IMG/VR virus record: IMGVR_UViG_2922690425_000004
Span: 64,001-128,000 of that record
Length of the DNA stretch: 64,000 bases
Reading direction: 5' to 3' (one strand)
Source: a virus
Lineage: Duplodnaviria > Caudoviricetes
Every line of letters begins with the position of its first letter. Position 1 is the stretch's first letter. This document shows positions 58,702 through 64,000 of the stretch, piece after piece. The position numbers and the translations under genes were made by a program. Under the pieces are notes generated by a model. It was not told the DNA's origin, made no database searches, and worked only from the letters and a program-made list of their open reading frames with translations.

Positions 58702-58983
58702 ATGTTTGCTGAAATCAGTGAAGAAGGCGTCAGTTTCTATGAGCCAAACATCCGATACAACGAGGAAAACAAGTTAATTCTAGACGGTGTCTGCTGGGTT
58801 AAAGACGACCAATTAGATTGTTACAATTGGGAAAATGAAGATATGTTATGGATCTTAGACACTATTCCTGCAAGTGATGATGATATTCCAGAAGCTAGAT
58901 ATTATTGTCACAACGTTAACCAAAATGCAACTGGGTGGGTACTCCATAATCAGGTGAAATTTAATTTGGAATTGGCAGAGTAA
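58702..58983 (+). CDS. Hypothetical protein
   Basis: Between sites 58665 and 59002. Confidence 0.7.
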   Translation: MFAEISEEGVSFYEPNIRYNEENKLILDGVCWVKDDQLDCYNWENEDMLWILDTIPASDDDIPEARYYCHNVNQNATGWVLHNQVKFNLELAE

Positions 58984-59038
58984 ACAACTCTAAGAAGTTT
59001 ATAAAAATATACTTTTACATAGAGGAGAATAAAATATA

Positions 59039-59608
59039 ATGACTAAAATTGCTATGGTCAAACATAATGGAAATTCAAAAGAGTACGCATTTAAAACAGA
59101 CATCAATCTCAACATTGGCGACCTCGTGGTTTGCGATACTGCAAATGGATACGAGACTGGAAGAGTACAAAATATTACTGACCAAGACTATTGGGCAACT
59201 AAGAGATGGATTGTTTCTAGAATTGACACCAAAAGTCACGTAGAACGAGTAAAAAAAGAAAAGAAGATTAGTGAGCTAAATCAGCAGATCGAGATGAGAA
59301 GAAATGAGTACGAAGGAAAAATTAATGATTTGATTGCTCAACATGACAAGGTAATGTTTGATCTGTTGGATGAACTCAACGAACTAACGAATACTAATAA
59401 TCGTAGTAACGACATTGAACTGAAAGATTCATTTTATTTTAAAAATCAGAATGGATTTGAATATTATGCTACTAAATTAGGAGATAAGTATTCTATTGTA
59501 CACGTTGATACTTTAGATACCTATGAAATTAATGTAAAGACAGTGAAAAAATATATCTCTAAAGGGGAATGGAGAATAATTAAGTATTATAAAATGGGTA
59601 TCTTTTGA
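59039..59608 (+). CDS. Hypothetical phage protein
   Basis: K.YAFKTD..L..GDLVVCDT..G; between sites 59002 and 59621. Confidence 0.75.
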   Translation: MTKIAMVKHNGNSKEYAFKTDINLNIGDLVVCDTANGYETGRVQNITDQDYWATKRWIVSRIDTKSHVERVKKEKKISELNQQIEMRRNEYEGKINDLIAQHDKVMFDLLDELNELTNTNNRSNDIELKDSFYFKNQNGFEYYATKLGDKYSIVHVDTLDTYEINVKTVKKYISKGEWRIIKYYKMGIF

Positions 59609-59683
59609 GGAGAGTGGGAGTAAAAACAAGAATTTATAAAAAATGTGTAAATAAAAAATATAATAATATGGGGAGATAGCGGA

Positions 59684-60211
59684 ATGAATGAAATGAGATT
59701 TTTTAAGATTAAACAAGGAACAAAATATCATGAAGCAGTGAAACAACACTTAACCTTACTTCCAAAGTGGAAACCAATTTATGCTAAAGTAAGTGAATTG
59801 CTCGATGAGAAAATCACTTTAATGGTTCAAGCCCCAGACTATCTTCAAATAGAATACTCAGAACTTAAAAAGGATGAAAACAAGAAGATTTTCAAAAAAG
59901 ACGGTACTTTAAAAGCAAACTCGAAAAAGGCAAAAGAAATTGAAGCTGCTTACAAAGAGATTGTCAAAGAAGCTGGACTAGAGAAGTTTGAAAGTTTGGG
60001 ACATATCAATTTCTGTTACTGTGTAATGCGTTATCATGGAGAAACATTAAAAACCTTTAAGACTAGTGGCCATGAACTCTATTATGAGGCAGATTTCGAT
60101 CTAGAAGAGAGAACTAAAGAATCAAATTCAGGAGATGGTCTAGTAATTCCGATTACAGAAATCGAGCATCAAGAAAAATATCTTGAAGAAATTAAAAAAC
60201 AGTCTGCGTAA
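59684..60211 (+). CDS. Hypothetical protein
   Basis: Stop overlaps site 60209. Confidence 0.75.
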   Translation: MNEMRFFKIKQGTKYHEAVKQHLTLLPKWKPIYAKVSELLDEKITLMVQAPDYLQIEYSELKKDENKKIFKKDGTLKANSKKAKEIEAAYKEIVKEAGLEKFESLGHINFCYCVMRYHGETLKTFKTSGHELYYEADFDLEERTKESNSGDGLVIPITEIEHQEKYLEEIKKQSA

Positions 60212-60230
60212 AACTACTATTTTATAAGGA

Positions 60231-60473
60231 GTGATGATAGCGATGACACAAGATTTAGAACCAACAGCCACACTAAAAGAAAAAGCAGATATAGTGTTTA
60301 TTAAAGTAGATTCAGGAATCTATCAGATACATAAAGACAGAAATGGTAGATTTGCAGGAAGAGTTTATGTAGGCACGCAGGAAGTTTTGGATGCACTGAA
60401 TTTTGATGATGTAGTTATTATAAGAAAACATAAAAACGGATTATCCTTGCATGATAATTTCAGTGATTTTTGA
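60231..60473 (+). CDS. Hypothetical protein
   Basis: AAGGAG RBS. Confidence 0.6.
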   Translation: MMIAMTQDLEPTATLKEKADIVFIKVDSGIYQIHKDRNGRFAGRVYVGTQEVLDALNFDDVVIIRKHKNGLSLHDNFSDF

Positions 60474-60852
60474 AAAAGGAGAGGAGATAGAGAACAATGG
60501 ATGAACTCGAATTAAAATTAGGGATTTACACAGACGTTTTGTATTCAAAAGTGGAACTGTTTCGGAAGCAAGGCAAGGAAGAAGTGGCACATGAAATCAT
60601 GAATATAATCAACGAACTGCTTGAAATTCAAGGAATGATCTAAGAGAGGGGACAGCGGAATGAAAAAGGACATAGAAAAAATCATCGAAGACCTGAAGCA
60701 AGAACGAGAAGAGTACGGAGAACGAATCGTATCCTTATCCCATGCCTATGACAGTGCCTTAGAAAAGCTTTGTGATTTGGTAGGTCAAGAGTTTGTTGCT
60801 TACGAGGATAGATACTAATACAGCCCCAAAAGGGCAAGGAGAGGAATAAAGG

Positions 60853-61044
60853 ATGATTAGAATATCGGGAACAGCAACTGTGCGTGTGGATTATGAAGTG
60901 GAAATCGAATTGACGGAAGATGAATTTTATGAACTAACCGAGAAGAAACAAACCGAACTAATTGAATCTGCAATTGACTGGCGGGATGCTTTACGGAATG
61001 GACAAACAGACGAAATTGAAGTCGATGACATTGAGGAGGCCTAA
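60853..61044 (+). CDS. Acidic small hypothetical protein
   Basis: GGAGAGG RBS. Confidence 0.65.
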   Translation: MIRISGTATVRVDYEVEIELTEDEFYELTEKKQTELIESAIDWRDALRNGQTDEIEVDDIEEA

Positions 61045-61283
61045 ACCATATATAAGAAGTGATATAAAAAGTAGAAATATTGAATTATATGTCTTTAAAC
61101 TAACCTGAACTGAGGAGTGATTAGATATGGCAAGTATCAAAGTCATAAACAAACAGACAGGAAGGGAGAACAGGCATCTCACCCACAACTTTATGAAAGC
61201 AATTGACAATAACCTTAAAATTACACTACCTGAAAAATTCAAAATAAGTATTCAATAAAGTAGTATCAAGGGGTGATTAAATC

Positions 61284-62921
61284 ATAGTCTGGAAGCAAAA
61301 GAAACCCAAAATTCCGTTTGAGCCTTATGACAATACATACAGTAAACTCGCTAAGATTAATGGAATTGAAGATATAGATCAATTTCTAAATCCATTGTCT
61401 AATGTAATATGTAGCCCATATTTACTCAAAAATATCGATCCATTAGTAACACGAATAGTCCTTGCAATTAGAAACCATGAAACTATAACTATATCAGGAG
61501 ATCCAGACTTTGACGGGATAACTGCTCTAGCAACCCTATATAAATATCTTAAGAATTTTACCGATGATGTCAATTATGTGTGTAATGAACGAAGTGAAGG
61601 CCACTCAATAAATAATCTAATTTCTACTGTCTCAGATCAAACAAGATTATTTATTGCTGTTGATAGTTCATCAAATGATTTATGGTCAATGAAAGAGTTG
61701 ACAGATAGAGGCATTGACTGTTTGGTAATCGACCATCACACAGTAACCGTAAATAATCCATATATTACATTGGTTAATCCTCAACAAGAAGGATGTAAGT
61801 ATCCAAATAAAAATGCTTGTGGTGGATTGCTTGTATTCAAGGTTTGCGAGGTAATTGATGATTACATGGATACATATTATGCAAACCAACTATCTGACTT
61901 GCCGGGATTTTCATTAATGGCAGACATGATGTCAATGATGGAGTTAGAGAACAGATATTTTGCGAAACTATCCTTAAAGGGGTTGCGACATGCAGGATTA
62001 AAAGCGCTATTTTCAGCTATGAACTTTGACTTAAACAACCTTTCAGCAGCAGACTTTCTTTATGGCGTAAGTCCTGCTGTTACCGCTGCTACAAGAGCAG
62101 ATAATATTCAATTAGCAATAGACTTCCTGATGTGTGATGAAGACTCACCAGAGATTAAAACGATAGTAAAAGAATTGATCAAGTTAAATGAAAATCGTAA
62201 AGTAATCCAAGCTGAAGCATTAGTTAGATTGAAGCCCTTGGTTAATAAAAACGACAAAGTTGTTATTGTTATTGATCATACTCTTGGAAAAGGGATGAAT
62301 GGACTTGTAGCGCAAGAGCTATCTAGAACATTCAATAAGCCAGCAATTGTTCTTGGAGAAGGAGCTAATGAAGATACATATGCAGGTAGCTTCAGAGGAT
62401 TAGAGGACTTTTCGATGCTCGACTTGCTAAACGAATGTGAGAGTGTAATTTATACTGGTGGACACCCTGCGGCTGGAGGGGTGCAGATACTTAAAACGGA
62501 TTTTGATGTATTGCGTCAAGAGTTGAATGAGAAGCTTTACGAATTTGAGCCTGATGATACTGTATATTATGATTTACAATTCGATATTAGAGAAGTTAAT
62601 GAAAAATTAGTTCAACACCTATCAGAGTTTTATCGGATTACGGGAAACGAATTTAAACAAGGTCAATTTAAGATTTCTGGATTATTTGTTTCAGATAAAA
62701 AACTGATCGGTAAGTTAAATAATACAGTTAAGTTTGATTGTGACAAACTCCAGCTTATGAAGTTTAAGACTGACGTAGATTACTATAAAAGCGTTCCTGT
62801 CTTTAGTGAAATTGAAGCAATTGGAACATTAAATATAAATGTATGGAAGGTTTATAGACCAAAATTCAAAGTAACTAAAACAGTCCAGTTATTTATAGAA
62901 GAATATAGAGAAACAAAATAA
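61284..62921 (+). CDS. recJ: RecJ-like ssDNA exonuclease (DHH; SPbeta YorK-like), probable ATA start
   Basis: GDPDFDG, VDS, IDHH, VNP, GGHPAAGG; frame extends to 61284 (W..GI..FLNP). Confidence 0.85.
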   Translation: MVWKQKKPKIPFEPYDNTYSKLAKINGIEDIDQFLNPLSNVICSPYLLKNIDPLVTRIVLAIRNHETITISGDPDFDGITALATLYKYLKNFTDDVNYVCNERSEGHSINNLISTVSDQTRLFIAVDSSSNDLWSMKELTDRGIDCLVIDHHTVTVNNPYITLVNPQQEGCKYPNKNACGGLLVFKVCEVIDDYMDTYYANQLSDLPGFSLMADMMSMMELENRYFAKLSLKGLRHAGLKALFSAMNFDLNNLSAADFLYGVSPAVTAATRADNIQLAIDFLMCDEDSPEIKTIVKELIKLNENRKVIQAEALVRLKPLVNKNDKVVIVIDHTLGKGMNGLVAQELSRTFNKPAIVLGEGANEDTYAGSFRGLEDFSMLDLLNECESVIYTGGHPAAGGVQILKTDFDVLRQELNEKLYEFEPDDTVYYDLQFDIREVNEKLVQHLSEFYRITGNEFKQGQFKISGLFVSDKKLIGKLNNTVKFDCDKLQLMKFKTDVDYYKSVPVFSEIEAIGTLNINVWKVYRPKFKVTKTVQLFIEEYRETK

Positions 62922-62951
62922 AAAGACATATAAGAACGGAGAAATATACAT

Positions 62952-63173
62952 ATGAAATTTTACGGAATCGCAGTAAACACACAAAACAAAAACGTGGTAA
63001 TTAACAATCTACCAACTGACTATCTTGGAGCAGTAAAAGAGGCAAAACGAATCGCGACTAAAGAAGGATTAAAGTTTCAATTTGTTAAGCCTGCCGTGAA
63101 TGGACAAAAAGAAGGGGCAACGCTCACGAAATTTGCAGCACAACGCAAGAATCGTAAGTCTGTAAAACGGTGA
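62952..63173 (+). CDS. Basic hypothetical protein
   Basis: GGAG RBS. Confidence 0.65.
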   Translation: MKFYGIAVNTQNKNVVINNLPTDYLGAVKEAKRIATKEGLKFQFVKPAVNGQKEGATLTKFAAQRKNRKSVKR

Positions 63174-63177
63174 TTTT

Positions 63178-63417
63178 ATGCGTATTAAAGTGTCCGATCA
63201 TGCGAGAACAAGATGTGAGCAAAGTAATGTTGGAGTGGGTCGCCTCATTAAAGAGGTGGCTGCCATTCCTAATATTGTGGGAAAGATTAGCTGGAAGACT
63301 AAATTTGGAGTAATAGTTGTAGAGAGGGTTAATGAAGGATTGCTGCTTATCAAGACGTTTATCGCTCGATTTAAGTATAGAGGTAAACAATATCACAAAG
63401 GTTGTAGAACAATTTAA
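63178..63417 (+). CDS. Hypothetical protein, possible RelE/BECR-like fold
   Basis: VSDHARTR...LLIKTF. Confidence 0.5.
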   Translation: MRIKVSDHARTRCEQSNVGVGRLIKEVAAIPNIVGKISWKTKFGVIVVERVNEGLLLIKTFIARFKYRGKQYHKGCRTI

Positions 63418-63473
63418 AGGGTGAAGAATTGTGAGCAAAAATTACGATCAAATACAAGTTTGATGAGAAGTGA

Positions 63474-63746
63474 GTGTGTATCCAATTGACTAAAAATAGA
63501 AATCTTTTGATTACTATTGAAGAAGTTATAGAGAAAAAGAATCCATCTCAACCATACATGGCCGGGGTTCATGTTGCTCAAACGACATCAATTTACACGG
63601 AAATAGATCATAACTATGAAATTGTAAATATGATTGTTGATAATACGGTTATTCATGAGGAAGAAAAAGAAAGATTTGTTAAGGTTAGTAGTGAAGATAA
63701 GGATATTTTTAAGCGAATATTGAATAAATATCTCAAAATAAAATAA
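63474..63746 (+). CDS. Hypothetical protein
   Basis: Between sites 63448 and 63739. Confidence 0.6.
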   Translation: MCIQLTKNRNLLITIEEVIEKKNPSQPYMAGVHVAQTTSIYTEIDHNYEIVNMIVDNTVIHEEEKERFVKVSSEDKDIFKRILNKYLKIK

Positions 63747-64000
63747 TGCTTTTACTGGGATGACAAATTAGGAGGAATGAGTTTGAAGTATATCCGTCTA
63801 CCTAGGGGATCAGGAAAGCCAGACACCATTATGAATTTAATCAAAGAAAAGATAGAAAAGGAGGAATGTTTCATCGTGTTAAATGATATGAATTATCTTG
63901 ATATCACCAAACGTTTGGAGAAGTTACGCAAGGATCGAGCAAAGATTGATCGGGAAATATATGACCTAGAAAATATGAAAAGCAGAAAGCTATCTGAAGA

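Larger units (their letters stand above)
57360..63754. repeat. Dispersed palindromic sites TAAAA-N6-TTTTA, array 3
   Basis: Perfect at 57360, 58301, 58665, 59002, 60209, 63739; variants at 57844, 59621, 63448. Confidence 0.9.
1..64000. mobile_element. Segment of a large SPbeta-like temperate phage/prophage (early, lysogeny and replication region)
   Basis: YopQ/YopR-like pair, YorG/YorI/YorJ/YorK-like replication genes, antirepressors, Rha, Gp157, dense small co-oriented ORFs, AT-rich; element ends not in window. Confidence 0.85.

Noticed and set aside
232-63438. Many short minus-strand or alternate-frame ORFs in the track (e.g. 4200..4448, 29458..29682, 53232..53666, 55410..55745)
   Set aside because: Antisense shadows of well-supported genes, without RBS or motifs.
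116-63754. CRISPR array or classical integron attC interpretation of the repeated motif
   Set aside because: Spacing is gene-sized and irregular, no cas genes are seen, and there are no RYYYAAC/GTTRRRY boxes or long attC hairpins; no IntI in the window.
116-63754. Repeated motif as intrinsic terminators
   Set aside because: A 5-bp A:U stem is too weak, the arms do not covary, and true GC-stem terminators occur separately (3391, 4818, 8329, 40486).
1-64000. tRNA/rRNA genes, IS elements, replication origin, attL/attR
   Set aside because: No cloverleaf, transposase, iteron cluster or host junction recognised by eye; a tRNAscan/ISEScan run would be needed to exclude them.

Overview
AT-rich early/replication region of a large SPbeta-like temperate phage (prophage or phage-plasmid), most likely from a Paenibacillus-type host. 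All assignments come from motif recognition by eye; no database searches were run. Recognisable core genes: homologs of SPbeta YopQ (DndB/ParB-like) and YopR/MrpR (integrase-fold repressor), two OB-fold SSB-like proteins, a Sak4/YorG-like ATPase, ATP-dependent ligase, DnaB-like helicase, primase, RecJ, antirepressors, Rha and Gp157. No structural or lysis genes are in the window. Two features stand out. (1) About 60 copies (35 perfect) of a palindrome RTAAAA-N6-TTTTAY sit almost exclusively at boundaries of small accessory genes, often overlapping the upstream stop codon and preceding the next RBS. They are absent from the core modules, giving an integron-like gene-cassette architecture with tyrosine-recombinase-like 6-bp cores. 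(2) An agr-type quorum-sensing cassette (kinase-less AgrC-like membrane protein, AgrB, an unannotated 39-aa AgrD, stand-alone LytTR) lies directly after the lysogeny repressor, and no arbitrium genes are visible in the window. Also present: a repeated phage operator, LexA and Spo0A boxes, an orphan MazF, an RsfA homolog, several defence or counter-defence candidates, and several non-canonical start codons.
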